DNA of 38,601 nt from an uncultured Candidatus Saccharibacteria bacterium (GCA_964349845.1 CAYGHQ010000002.1:1-38601); one strand, 5' to 3'. Numbered from the stretch's first letter, positions 8,152 to 16,800 are shown. Notes: generated from the letters alone by a model not told the origin. Made by a program: numbers and translations.

Positions 8152-9948
8152 ATGAAAAAGCCGGAATTACCGTCTGTAGACGATAAAAGCAACCCTTTGA
8201 TATTCCTATTTGCAAAAATGTGGAAATATTCGGAGGGCAATAGGAAAAAAGTGGTCTGGTATTGGACTATGTTTATAGTAACAATTTCAATCTCACTTTT
8301 CTGCCTGCCCCTTCTGTGGGCAACAATAATGGATACCGTCCAAAAGAACGGAATCACGCAAGAAAGCATCGGGAGACTGCTACAGCTCTTGGCTCTAACT
8401 CTATTTATTGAATTCTTTTTCTGGTGCTTCCACGGACCGGCCCGCCTTATAGAACAGCTTAATGCTTTCAAAGCTCGGGTCAATTATCGAAAACACCTTC
8501 TCAAAGGAGTAATGACTCTTCCTTTGGAGTGGCACTCGGAACACCATTCGGGAGATACGATAGATAAAATAGAAAAAGGCACAAGATCTCTTTTTGAATT
8601 TTCAGAGGGATCTTTTGAAATAATCTACGGGTTAGTGCTCCTGGCAGGAAGCTATTCTATGCTTGTCTACTTGAGCTACCCAGCGGCCTTTATTGTTCTC
8701 GCAATGATTCTCACAACTGTGTTTATAACAACGCGGTTTGATAAAATCCTGATAGCTCAATACAAGGAACTCAATCATTCCGAGAATCAAATTTCCGAAA
8801 GCATGTTTGACGCAATAAGCAATATTGGAACAGTCGTAGTTCTTCGAGTTGAACAGCTAATCTACCGGGCAATCATAGGCAAGGTAGAAAAACCGTTTCC
8901 GCTCTTCAAACGAAACATCTGTTTGAACGAGTTAAAATGGTTTTTAACGAGCATGTGCTGCGCGGTCATGACCGTTGCAGTGCTGGCCGTTTATTTCTGG
9001 CAGAATCTTGGCGTCAAAGAAGGAATTCTTATCGGCAATATTTTTCTTCTTATCAAATACCTGGAAAAAATCAGCGAGCAGTTCTACAGATTTACTTATA
9101 TGTACAGCGATATTCTAAAAAGAAAATCGCGGCTATTGAATTCTGAAGAATTGGCAAAAGATTTCCGGGAAGAAAGTTTCACTAATCATGTCCTCCCCAG
9201 CGACTGGAAGGTATTGGAAATAAACAGACTTAATTTCTCTTATGGAAAAGAGGGAAACGGGGATCATCATCTCAAGAATATTTTCCTTTCCATTGGGCGG
9301 GGCGAAAAGGTTGCCCTTGTGGGAGAAACCGGAAGCGGAAAGACAACTTTCTTAAAGATCATGCGAAATCTTTACCACCCGCAGAGTTTGGAACTAAAGA
9401 TTGATGGGAATAATGTTCCCGAGGGATTTGAAGGAATTTGCCGGGCTATTTCTCTCATTCCGCAAAATTCTGAAATATTTACGACCACCATTCTCGGAAA
9501 CATAACCATAGGAGCGGAACACAGCATGGAATCTGTCCGTTTCTTTACCGATATAGCTCGTTTTACGGAAGTGGTAGAAAGATTGCCGCGCAAGTTTGAT
9601 TCGTCAATCAAAGAGAAAGGCGTAAACCTCTCGGGAGGAGAACAGCAGAGATTGGCGCTCACTCGAGGCTTGCTCGCGAGCCAGGACAAAGAAATAGTTC
9701 TTTTAGATGAACCTACAAGCAACATTGATCCTGATAACGCGATGAAAATTTATCAAAATATCTTCAAGGGATTTCCCGGGAAGACAATAATTTCATCCTT
9801 ACACAGCCTGCACCTTCTTCACCTTTTTGATCGGATAGTCATGTTCAGAGATGGACAAATTATCGGATCCGGAAGTCTCGGTGAATTGCTTGAAAAATGT
9901 TCAGAATTCAAGACATTATGGAAACAATGCGACAAAACACTGTCGTAA
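8152..9948 (+). CDS. ABC exporter, fused permease/ATPase (MsbA-like type)
   Basis: N-terminal TM half. Walker A GETGSGKTT, signature LSGGEQQR, Walker B LLDEPTSNID. SD aaggag upstream. Confidence 0.9.
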   Translation: MKKPELPSVDDKSNPLIFLFAKMWKYSEGNRKKVVWYWTMFIVTISISLFCLPLLWATIMDTVQKNGITQESIGRLLQLLALTLFIEFFFWCFHGPARLIEQLNAFKARVNYRKHLLKGVMTLPLEWHSEHHSGDTIDKIEKGTRSLFEFSEGSFEIIYGLVLLAGSYSMLVYLSYPAAFIVLAMILTTVFITTRFDKILIAQYKELNHSENQISESMFDAISNIGTVVVLRVEQLIYRAIIGKVEKPFPLFKRNICLNELKWFLTSMCCAVMTVAVLAVYFWQNLGVKEGILIGNIFLLIKYLEKISEQFYRFTYMYSDILKRKSRLLNSEELAKDFREESFTNHVLPSDWKVLEINRLNFSYGKEGNGDHHLKNIFLSIGRGEKVALVGETGSGKTTFLKIMRNLYHPQSLELKIDGNNVPEGFEGICRAISLIPQNSEIFTTTILGNITIGAEHSMESVRFFTDIARFTEVVERLPRKFDSSIKEKGVNLSGGEQQRLALTRGLLASQDKEIVLLDEPTSNIDPDNAMKIYQNIFKGFPGKTIISSLHSLHLLHLFDRIVMFRDGQIIGSGSLGELLEKCSEFKTLWKQCDKTLS

Positions 9949-9963
9949 TTCCTTAATAAAATC

Positions 9964-9999
9964 AACCGCTGGAGTTTTTTGCAAAAAACTCCAGCGGTT
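9964..9999. terminator. 36-bp perfect palindrome acting as a terminator
   Basis: aaccgctggagttttttgcaaaaaactccagcggtt, directly after the ABC gene stop. Confidence 0.75.
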
Positions 10000-10043
10000 T
10001 TGTTATGTTATAATTTAAGGGTATTATCATAACTTAGAAATTT

Positions 10044-10913
10044 ATGAAAAATTTTTTTGTACAAATTAAAAACAGCGTCTACAGCCCGGAATTTTACGCA
10101 AGACTGAAAGAAACGGGATTTAAAGGAGGCTTCGGACATTATTTCCGGCTAGCTCTTGTCTTGGGACTTCTTTTAACCATTTACTTTTCAATTACTTTCA
10201 TTCCTCTTATCAATGCGTTCTTTTCCGAAGCTAACGCCAGGGAAATCATGGGTCTTTATCCGGCCAATCTTGTCGTAACCATAAAAAACGGGCAGGCAAA
10301 TTCAAACGCCAAAGAGCCATATTTCGTAAAAACTCCCGATCTTTTAAAAAATTGGGGCAAAAATCCGCCCAAACAAAACTCTTCTATTGAAAATATAATC
10401 GTCATTGACACCCAAAGCGAATTTTCCATTTCCAAGTTCCGCGAATACAAGACTGTTTTTCTCCTGGCCAAAAACGCCATCATAAGCTTGGACAATAACA
10501 ATTCCATTTCAATACAAACCCTGGAAAAAATCCCCGACACAACCATCAACAAAGAGCTCGTTGATTCTTTAGGGAATAAAGTTATCCCTTACCTTAAATT
10601 TATCGCTCCGATAATTATTCTTATGTTCTTTATCGGCCTGCTTTTTTATTACGGTATCATGCTAGCCTATATGCTTATACTGGCTCTCGTCATTCTCCTT
10701 ACGGCTTACCTTATCGGAGAAAAGTTTTCTTACGGAGAGGCTTTTAAAGCGAGCCTCTATCTTGTTACCGCCTCCCTCATCTCGGAATTCATTCTTTGGC
10801 TCTTTTTCCTTCCGACGCCGTTTCTCGTTCCGACTTTCCTCACGATAATCATATTTATTTTAAACTTCAGGAATATCCCGCCCGCTCTGCCGATTGCGGA
10901 GCAAAAAGAGTAG
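10044..10913 (+). CDS. Polytopic membrane protein (DUF1189-like)
   Basis: 289 aa with one N-terminal TM, an extracytoplasmic segment and 3-4 C-terminal TMs. The family call is from memory of the N-terminal pattern. Confidence 0.55.
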   Translation: MKNFFVQIKNSVYSPEFYARLKETGFKGGFGHYFRLALVLGLLLTIYFSITFIPLINAFFSEANAREIMGLYPANLVVTIKNGQANSNAKEPYFVKTPDLLKNWGKNPPKQNSSIENIIVIDTQSEFSISKFREYKTVFLLAKNAIISLDNNNSISIQTLEKIPDTTINKELVDSLGNKVIPYLKFIAPIIILMFFIGLLFYYGIMLAYMLILALVILLTAYLIGEKFSYGEAFKASLYLVTASLISEFILWLFFLPTPFLVPTFLTIIIFILNFRNIPPALPIAEQKE

Positions 10914-10931
10914 GGTTGGAGAAATCCTGTC

Positions 10932-10999
10932 GGCCGGAAAAATAAAAAACTATTCTCAAATTCTTAAGAATTTGAGAATAGTTTTTTATTTTTCCGGCC
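10932..10999. terminator. 68-bp perfect palindrome between convergent genes (GGCCGGAAAAATAAAA clamp family)
   Basis: ggccggaaaaataaaaaactattctcaaattcttaagaatttgagaatagttttttatttttccggcc. It shares the outer 16-nt arms and the total length with 25283-25350. Confidence 0.8.
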
Positions 11000-11021
11000 T
11001 CCGCTTCTGCCTTTGTTCCGC

Positions 11022-11513
11022 TTACTCCACTTTCAAGAGTTCAATTTCAAACACAAGGGTAGAATTCGCCGGTATTCGCCCCATCGGCTGGTTTCCATAT
11101 CCAAGCCCCGGCGGAATAACAAGCTTTCTCTTGCCCCCTACTTTCATTCCCTCCACTCCCCTCTCCCACCCCTGAATAACTCTTCCTTCTCCCAACGTGA
11201 AAGAAAAAGGAGCTTCTCTGTCGTACGAGCTGTCAAATTTCGTTCCGTTTGTAAGGGTGCCGACATAATTTACCGTGATTGTTTTCCCGGAAACCGCCGT
11301 CTCGCCCTTTCCCACAACCAAGTCCTCAATTTTCAAAGCCTCCGCGCTGCCGCCCGCGCTATTATTATCTGTGTTCATATCAATTGCTCCGGTATTTTCT
11401 TCCGGAGTAGTTGGCGGGAAAAAAATCCCCCCGATATTAAAAAATAATCCGACTATCGCTAATGCCGCTGCCACCCCCAGCCACTCTCCCATATTTAATT
11501 TTCGCATACTCAA
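11022..11513 (-). CDS. FKBP-type peptidyl-prolyl cis-trans isomerase, membrane-anchored
   Basis: VNYVGTLTNGTKFDSSYDR..FSFTLGEGRVIQGWERGVEGMKVGGKRKLVIPPGLGYG. N-terminal TM segment. Confidence 0.9.
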   Translation of the reverse strand: MSMRKLNMGEWLGVAAALAIVGLFFNIGGIFFPPTTPEENTGAIDMNTDNNSAGGSAEALKIEDLVVGKGETAVSGKTITVNYVGTLTNGTKFDSSYDREAPFSFTLGEGRVIQGWERGVEGMKVGGKRKLVIPPGLGYGNQPMGRIPANSTLVFEIELLKVE

Positions 11514-11572
11514 AAAAAATTAGATTTATAATTTAAAGATAATTGTATCACACGGACGAAAAATTAAAAAAT

Positions 11573-11601
11573 TTGCATTCAAAAACCTTTAAGTGTATAT
11601 T
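11573..11601 (+). promoter_or_regulatory. Near-consensus promoter (TTGCAT-17 nt-TATATT)
   Basis: ttgcat at 11573-11578, a 17-nt spacer, tatatt at 11596-11601. No ORF follows. Confidence 0.6.
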
Positions 11602-11606
11602 AAGAG

Positions 11607-11900
11607 GGACAGCGGTTTGAAATCTCTTCGGAGAAAGACGGCATTGATGCGGTCATCAGTGAAAAATGAGCGGTGTAAATAATGCCGAGACCGATAGCTA
11701 AGGCTTAAACAGCGCTAGTAGAAAATTCTTCATCCTTTCTTGCGCTGTGCCGAAGCTTCGGGCGCGGGAGCGAACAAAGTTTCCGGTGATCCACAAGGAA
11801 AACCAGACTTAACGCTTCTTGCGGTTACCAAACCGCAAAACGCGCGGTAGAATTGCTGTCACCCACAACATAGCCTTGCGAATCCTTTCGCAAGGTTTTT
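11607..11900 (+). ncRNA. Candidate structured ncRNA of about 290 nt, class unknown
   Basis: Own promoter and intrinsic terminator (ccttgcgaa-tcct-ttcgcaagg + ttttt, 11874-11900). No ORF. The 5' gggacagc pairs with the 3' gctgtcaccc. Internal tetraloop hairpins include ctc-ttcg-gag, gccgaagcttcgggc and ttgcggt-taccaa-accgcaa. Confidence 0.45.
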
Positions 11901-11933
11901 ATATTGGAAAATTAAAACATAAAAATCTCAATT

Positions 11934-12386
11934 CTATTCTGTTTTTTCAAAAACCCTTATAAACTTGGCTCTTATCTCCCCGTCTTCCCCCGGGTCGCCG
12001 ATTATAACCAAATTATCCCTCTCCTTGATATCCATAAGAAAAATATCGGACGTTCTTTTTCTTATGGACGTGCTAGAAGAAATTTTGACCGATCTCTCGT
12101 TGCCGTCCTCTCCTTTAATGACAATAGTGTCCCATTCTGTTTTCAAAACTTCTCCGGACGCGCCGTGAGCATTCATAAATCCGCCTCCGCGCGGAGACGA
12201 AAACATTCCCAAAAACATCATCTGCGGTCCGCCAAAAATCCTCTGATAGTTCTCGCCCCACCTGTACGAGAACATCGCCTTTCTGTAGCCGGTTGCCTCG
12301 CCCGCCTTAAAAACAGCGAGAAGAATGAGAACCCCTCCGATTATTAAAATAACGGCTCTCCGCGATTTTATTTTTTGAATATCCAT
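11934..12386 (-). CDS. Hypothetical membrane-anchored protein (150 aa)
   Basis: N-terminal TM AVILIIGGVLILLAV followed by a soluble domain. No motif recognised. Confidence 0.6.
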   Translation of the reverse strand: MDIQKIKSRRAVILIIGGVLILLAVFKAGEATGYRKAMFSYRWGENYQRIFGGPQMMFLGMFSSPRGGGFMNAHGASGEVLKTEWDTIVIKGEDGNERSVKISSSTSIRKRTSDIFLMDIKERDNLVIIGDPGEDGEIRAKFIRVFEKTE

Positions 12387-12443
12387 AAAATATAATGCTA
12401 ACCCGCGAATAGGGAAATCCTATTCGTAGATTTGAATCTTGTT

Positions 12444-12666
12444 AGAGCCTGTTTATAATCTAATGCCCTGATAAAATCTTCAAATTTCGTTACGAGGATT
12501 GCAGATTTTTCCGAGAGATAGCGAGCTCTCTTGAGGAAAAATGTGTAATCCGCAGCCCGCCCGAGCCGTACCGGCTTCGGTACGGGCGGGTAGAAATTTG
12601 AAGATTTTAGCGGGCAAAACATCTGTTTATAATATAGTTTTGGCGGTTAGATTATAAACAGGCTCT
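12444..12666. repeat. Nested palindromic intergenic element
   Basis: Outer 20-bp IR agagcctgtttataatctaa (12444-12463) / ttagattataaacaggctct (12647-12666). Middle IR cttcaaatttc/gaaatttgaag. Core hairpin cccgcccgagccgtaccggcttcggtacgggcggg (12556-12590), which recurs at 38304-38337. Confidence 0.8.
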
Positions 12667-13118
12667 TAGCTCATAATCATTCTTCTTGACTCCATCATTC
12701 TTTTAAGATCAAGGATAAACGGCGGTCCGGCCAGAAAAACAATAAAAAGGGAAGCAAAAATAAGCATAAGGCTTCCCGCCGGCATAGACTCAAGAAGAAA
12801 AAGACCGGTTTCCCGCCAATAATCTAAAATTGCCCCTCCGTCCATAAAAATAAGGGAAAGAGCTTCCGTGAATCCGCTCCCAAAAATATCTTCAAGAAAA
12901 AAGATGACTGCCGGAACAAGAGAAATGGCTGAAATTCCGAATATCGCCCCGTGTAAAATCATTTTTTTTCGGATTTTTCCAGCTTCAAGAAGGGAAATAT
13001 TCACCATGACCTTGCGGGAGAGCCCGGCCGGCAGATCAGCAAGAAAAGGGTTTGATAGGGGGATTTTTTTGCTCATTAGGCTAAATACGAGGCTTAGGGC
13101 TTTTTGGGTGCGATCCAT
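12666..13118 (-). CDS. Hypothetical membrane protein (150 aa from the ATG)
   Basis: 3-4 TM segments. The ATG at 13118 is preferred, because the GTG extension to 13145 is one arm of an 18-bp inverted repeat (cctttcgtttttgaaaag / cttttcaaaaacgaaagg). Confidence 0.55.
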   Translation of the reverse strand: MDRTQKALSLVFSLMSKKIPLSNPFLADLPAGLSRKVMVNISLLEAGKIRKKMILHGAIFGISAISLVPAVIFFLEDIFGSGFTEALSLIFMDGGAILDYWRETGLFLLESMPAGSLMLIFASLFIVFLAGPPFILDLKRMMESRRMIMS

Positions 13119-13523
13119 CGCTCGCCTTTCGTTTTTGAAAAGCACGGATATTCGCCTACTGGCGAATTCCTCCGCTCGTCAATCAAGAAAATAATCAGCT
13201 CCAAAGCTCGTCCTCCCGGCGAACTCGTCCCTCGTAAGACTCGGGACTCAAACAGCGCCTCCGGACGGCTTTGTCGCTGTTATTTTCTAATTGACTGCGC
13301 GAGGCTTTTCAAAAACGAAAGGCTCGCTTGGTTGGTAGGGAACTCCGCAAGACTTTCTAAAATTAAAAGGCTTGCCCTGTAGAGAAGTCATCTTTTTATA
13401 TTCTATAACTAAAAGATATGAGGATTGCTATATATTTATTTAGTAACTTTATAAACAATATCAACTTCTTGTACGTAGCTCGCTTGGTCGGGAAGTTGTA
13501 TTTATTAGAGTTTTTTCTTTTTC

Positions 13524-13740
13524 CAACTCCGCGAAAAGATATAATAAAATCTTGTAAATTCAACATTGCGGAGGAGCAATTTTTGTCAACGACCACTTCT
13601 TTTTTCAACTTTACGAAAAGATATATAGTAAGGCAAGATTTTCTTAAAATCTACATTGCGGAAGCCGTATCCCCTCTTCTCAACCTCACAAAAAATATAG
13701 TTAGTTTGCTCACAAAATGAGCATTGCGGAAGCCGGCCAG
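13524..13740. repeat. Three divergent tandem units (82, 75 and about 60 nt) with conserved anchors and a covarying hairpin
   Basis: The units start at 13524, 13606 and 13681 with caacNNNNc(g)aaaa(g)atata. Each contains a different small hairpin (aagat..atctt; agatttt..aaaatct; tgctca..tgagca) followed by cattgcgga(a/g)g at 13564, 13654 and 13722. Confidence 0.6.
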
Positions 13741-13870
13741 CATGGTCTGTCAAAGACCCCGAGCGAGTCTTCGAGCGAGGGGCTCTTGACAGTGGCCGGC
13801 TGAGCATAGGAAAAGCCCGCGCTGGCGGGCTTTATCCGTGCTCATTTTGTGAGCAAACTAACTATATTTT
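13692..13870. repeat. 32-bp perfect inverted repeat enclosing nested hairpins
   Basis: aaaatatagttagtttgctcacaaaatgagca (13692-13723) is the reverse complement of 13839-13870. Inner pairs include agccggcca/tggccggct. The terminator gcccgc-gctg-gcgggc (13811-13830, minus strand, T-run) serves the KH gene. Confidence 0.85.
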
Positions 13871-14176
13871 CAAATCCTCCATGGCCTCGTCCACCGTCTT
13901 CGTCGCTCTTTCTCTCGGAGCTCCCCCTTCCGGCTCATTGATCTTCAAGTTTACTCGGGCATTGTTCTTCATCCCGACAACCCGAAGAAGAGTCCGGATA
14001 GCCTTGGCGGTATTTCCCATTCTGCCGATAATTTTTCCCATATCGGCCGGATTGACGCCCAAAGTAAGAAGCACGCCCATTTCGTCAACCGTTCTCGCGA
14101 TTTTGACATCGTTCGGATTGTCAACAAGGGCTTTTATGACATAATCCAAAAACTGTACATCTCCTTCTTGTTTCAT
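13862..14176 (-). CDS. KH-domain RNA-binding protein (YlqC/UPF0109 type)
   Basis: LTLGVNPADMGKIIGRMGNTAKAIRTLL contains the GXXG KH motif. 104 aa. Confidence 0.9.
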   Translation of the reverse strand: MKQEGDVQFLDYVIKALVDNPNDVKIARTVDEMGVLLTLGVNPADMGKIIGRMGNTAKAIRTLLRVVGMKNNARVNLKINEPEGGAPRERATKTVDEAMEDLKI

Positions 14177-14192
14177 TTTTATAAATTATTAT

Positions 14193-14380
14193 TTTGGCGC
14201 ACTCCTTCGTTGCTTCGTTCCGCTCCTCCCTCGCCGTATTACTATACGTCTTGGTTCGGTGCTCACTCGCTTCTTACAGAAGCTGTCCACTCATTGGATA
14301 TTTTGTTCGTCCGAAACGGACTCCAAAATATCTCAATGAGTCTTGCGAAGCTACGCCTCTCACCTCGGATTGCATCCAAA
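14193..14380. repeat. Family-B element carrying a nested family-A unit (about 14268-14366)
   Basis: Both flanks match the uninterrupted family-B copy at 16801-16926: tttggcgcactccttcgttgcttcg...ctcactcgc on the left and cctcggattgcatccaaa on the right. The interior cttcttacagaagctgtccactc...gtcttgcgaagctacgcctctcacc matches family A (17042-17114). Confidence 0.8.
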
Positions 14381-14646
14381 ATAATAAATTTCTAACCATT
14401 TCGTTCTGGTAATTTCGCGCAGTATTTCGACCGCTTGCGGGATATCTTTCTTCCGCTAATGATTTACTGTGCTTGCCCCGCACCAATTTCACAAAATATC
14501 AATTACCACTAGAAGATATTTATACTTAAAACATCTTAAAAAGATAAGATAAATATCGGTAAAATTGGTGTTGGGGCTTGCCCTCCGTTTAATTGAAGGG
14601 CTAATATACTATAACAAATCTTTTGGCGAAATCAATACATGGGTGT

Positions 14647-14712
14647 GGAAAAGCCGGAAAATGAAAAAGGGACGCCCGTACGGGCGTCCCTTTTTCATTT
14701 TCCGGCTTTTCC
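14647..14712. terminator. 66-bp perfect palindrome after the 14718 gene
   Basis: ggaaaagccggaaaatgaaaaagggacgcccgtacgggcgtccctttttcattttccggcttttcc. Confidence 0.8.
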
Positions 14713-14717
14713 GCTAC

Positions 14718-15173
14718 TTATCTCCTCCCTCTCCCTCTGCCCCTGTCTTCCCTATCTTCCCTGTCTTCGCGCCCTCCGTGCCTGTCAAACACTTGAATAG
14801 TGGAAGTTCCGACTGTTATAAAATCATCGTCATCCAATTCAATCCCCTCTCGGAAATGCCTGACTTCGTGAACTCGGAGAATCTGCGGAGTGGTAGTTCC
14901 AGTTCCCGGCACCGTTATAAAATGATTTCCCCGCCCCCTGTTTCTCCCCGACAAATGAACGATCGTTGAAGTGGCTGTCGTAGAAACGTTTGAACCCAAT
15001 ATTCTTACAACGCGATCTTCCGAATGATCTCCAAGCGAGCGGTGAATTTCAACTTCATTTGTTTCCCTGCTTCGCTCTAGAATTCCGTGAGCGTCTGCAT
15101 AGGATGTCCCCAAAGCTCCCGCCGATACAATAGCCAGCCCCGCAATTAACATTCTTGAAAATTTATTTTTCAT
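14718..15173 (-). CDS. Secreted hypothetical protein with an Arg/Asp/Gly-rich tail
   Basis: Signal peptide MKNKFSRMLIAGLAIVSAGALGTSYA. C-terminus GGREDREDREDRGRGRGRR. Confidence 0.6.
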   Translation of the reverse strand: MKNKFSRMLIAGLAIVSAGALGTSYADAHGILERSRETNEVEIHRSLGDHSEDRVVRILGSNVSTTATSTIVHLSGRNRGRGNHFITVPGTGTTTPQILRVHEVRHFREGIELDDDDFITVGTSTIQVFDRHGGREDREDREDRGRGRGRR

Positions 15174-15284
15174 ATTTTTGTTTAACTCTAAATTAATAAT
15201 TTTTGTCTCTGCATTCTAGATGACGGCTGTCCGGATGCTTTCTTACGCAATTTTCATTTCTGCAACATAATGTAAGGCTGGTCA

Positions 15285-15320
15285 AAAAAAATGGCTCCAG
15301 TATACTGGAGCCATTTTTTT
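15285..15320. terminator. 36-bp perfect palindrome flanked by A-run and T-run (bidirectional terminator)
   Basis: aaaaaaatggctccagtatactggagccattttttt, overlapping the stop of the 15319 gene. Confidence 0.8.
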
Positions 15321-16275
15321 ACTTATCTTCATCTCCGCCCCTTCCTCTTCCTTTCCTATCCTCCTCTCTTCCCCCATTATCATCAACCTTGCTGTCATCC
15401 ATTTTGGGAGCATCGTCTTCCCCGCTTCCCCTCCTCCCGACTTCAATTTCCAAATTTCCCCCGCTGTTTTCAATGCTTGAGGACCCGCTTCGGCTATCAT
15501 CTTCTTTCCTGATTTCCCCAGACTGCGCTTCTTGGGATGATAGACCGCCTTTCTCTCCTTCCCCCTTGTTTCCTTTGTTTATTTTTTCCGCGTCTTCATC
15601 TTTCCCCCTCTGTCTTCCATGCCCCGATTCCCCTTTTCCCCGAACCTCCCAAACAGGCTGTCCGAATTCATCAGTCGTCAGAGTTATCGCATAATTCAAG
15701 AATTCCCTGTGATCCTCCAGTACCCCGCGATGCCTTTCTATTTCCCTTTCGGCTTCATCTTCTTTTCCTTTTTCCCTAAGACGCGAAATTTGCCCCTCTA
15801 GCGCGGAAGACCTGTCCTCCACTTCCTTAAGAAGGACCGAGGCCGAATCTTTATCAAGCCTTCCCTCTTTGGAAAGTTTTTCTATTTCGTCAATCCTTCT
15901 TCCGATAATGCGATTTTCAAGAACCGCTTTCTTCTCCGGAGAAACGGCAACCAGCCGAAGCGCCCTCTCGTTAATTTGAGTTTTAACCGGATAAAGAATA
16001 TCCCCCGGCGCCGAGCCTTCAGCGGCAAAAACAACGCCGGAACCGGACAAAGCAAAAATGAGAAAGGCCGCTATGCCGTATCGGAAAACAGGATTCCGGC
16101 CAACCGCCAGAAAATACAAACCCGAAAAAGGAGACGATATTCCTTTTCCCGTTTTTGCTTTGCCCCCGGAAATTCCCGCGTAAGAAAAAAGATTATTTCT
16201 CATCTTTTCTTTGGCTTCCGCGGAAAGCCCGACATTCCGGAGGCTATTAAGTTTTTTGATTAATTCCTCATTCAT
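15319..16275 (-). CDS. Putative anti-sigma / DUF5667-like membrane protein
   Basis: 8-nt overlap with the ECF sigma gene. Single TM YGIAAFLIFALSGSGVVFAA. Coiled-coil outer domain and a long charged Gly/Arg/Asp/Glu tail. Confidence 0.7.
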   Translation of the reverse strand: MNEELIKKLNSLRNVGLSAEAKEKMRNNLFSYAGISGGKAKTGKGISSPFSGLYFLAVGRNPVFRYGIAAFLIFALSGSGVVFAAEGSAPGDILYPVKTQINERALRLVAVSPEKKAVLENRIIGRRIDEIEKLSKEGRLDKDSASVLLKEVEDRSSALEGQISRLREKGKEDEAEREIERHRGVLEDHREFLNYAITLTTDEFGQPVWEVRGKGESGHGRQRGKDEDAEKINKGNKGEGEKGGLSSQEAQSGEIRKEDDSRSGSSSIENSGGNLEIEVGRRGSGEDDAPKMDDSKVDDNGGREEDRKGRGRGGDEDK

Positions 16276-16780
16276 AAAATTCCCTTAGTTTGTTAATAGC
16301 CCGGTTTATCCTTACGGACACGCTGTTTTCGCTCTCTTTGACTATCTCCGCTATCTCTCCTATTTTAAGCCCTTCAACGTATCGGAGAGTAAGAATTTCT
16401 CTGTCCCCATCCGAAAGGCCTTTCATAAGCTTCAGCATATTTTTGATTTCAGCCGAAAGGCTGGAGTCTCCGCCGGAAGACTCGTCCGGCGGATCAAACC
16501 CCCCTTCGTAAAGAGAATCGGCCGACACTTCTTTTTTCTTCCTGTACCAATCTATAACCATATTGCGGGAAACCCCGTAGAGAAACGCCTTGGCGTTAAG
16601 CACTTCTCCCTCCGTTTGAAGATAATCCCAAAGCTTCATAAAAGCCTGCTCCGCAAGATCTGTGGCAAGCTCTTTATCCCCTGTTTTAAAGTAGCAAAAA
16701 CGGAAAATCGCGTCCGAGTAATCATCATAAGCCTTTATGAAAAATTCTTCGTTTTTATTTCTCATATAGTAGACGTGCAA
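16268..16780 (-). CDS. ECF-type RNA polymerase sigma-70 family factor
   Basis: Region 2 FRFCYFKTGDKELATDLAEQAFMKLW. Region 4 LSDGDREILTLRYVEGLKIGEIAEIV. The track start is a TTG; an ATG is present at 16765. Confidence 0.9.
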   Translation of the reverse strand: MHVYYMRNKNEEFFIKAYDDYSDAIFRFCYFKTGDKELATDLAEQAFMKLWDYLQTEGEVLNAKAFLYGVSRNMVIDWYRKKKEVSADSLYEGGFDPPDESSGGDSSLSAEIKNMLKLMKGLSDGDREILTLRYVEGLKIGEIAEIVKESENSVSVRINRAINKLREFYE

Positions 16781-16800
16781 ATAGGCAAATTCTTACACTA

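Noticed and set aside
11607-11900. Identity of the ncRNA candidate as RNase P RNA, tmRNA, SRP RNA or 6S RNA
   Set aside because: There is no GGAAAGUCCGG/ACAGAACCCGGCUUA P4 pair in the right order. There is no tRNA-like 3' end or tag ORF, and no GGAA-AGCAGC SRP domain IV motif. The length of about 290 nt is wrong for 6S. It is left unassigned.
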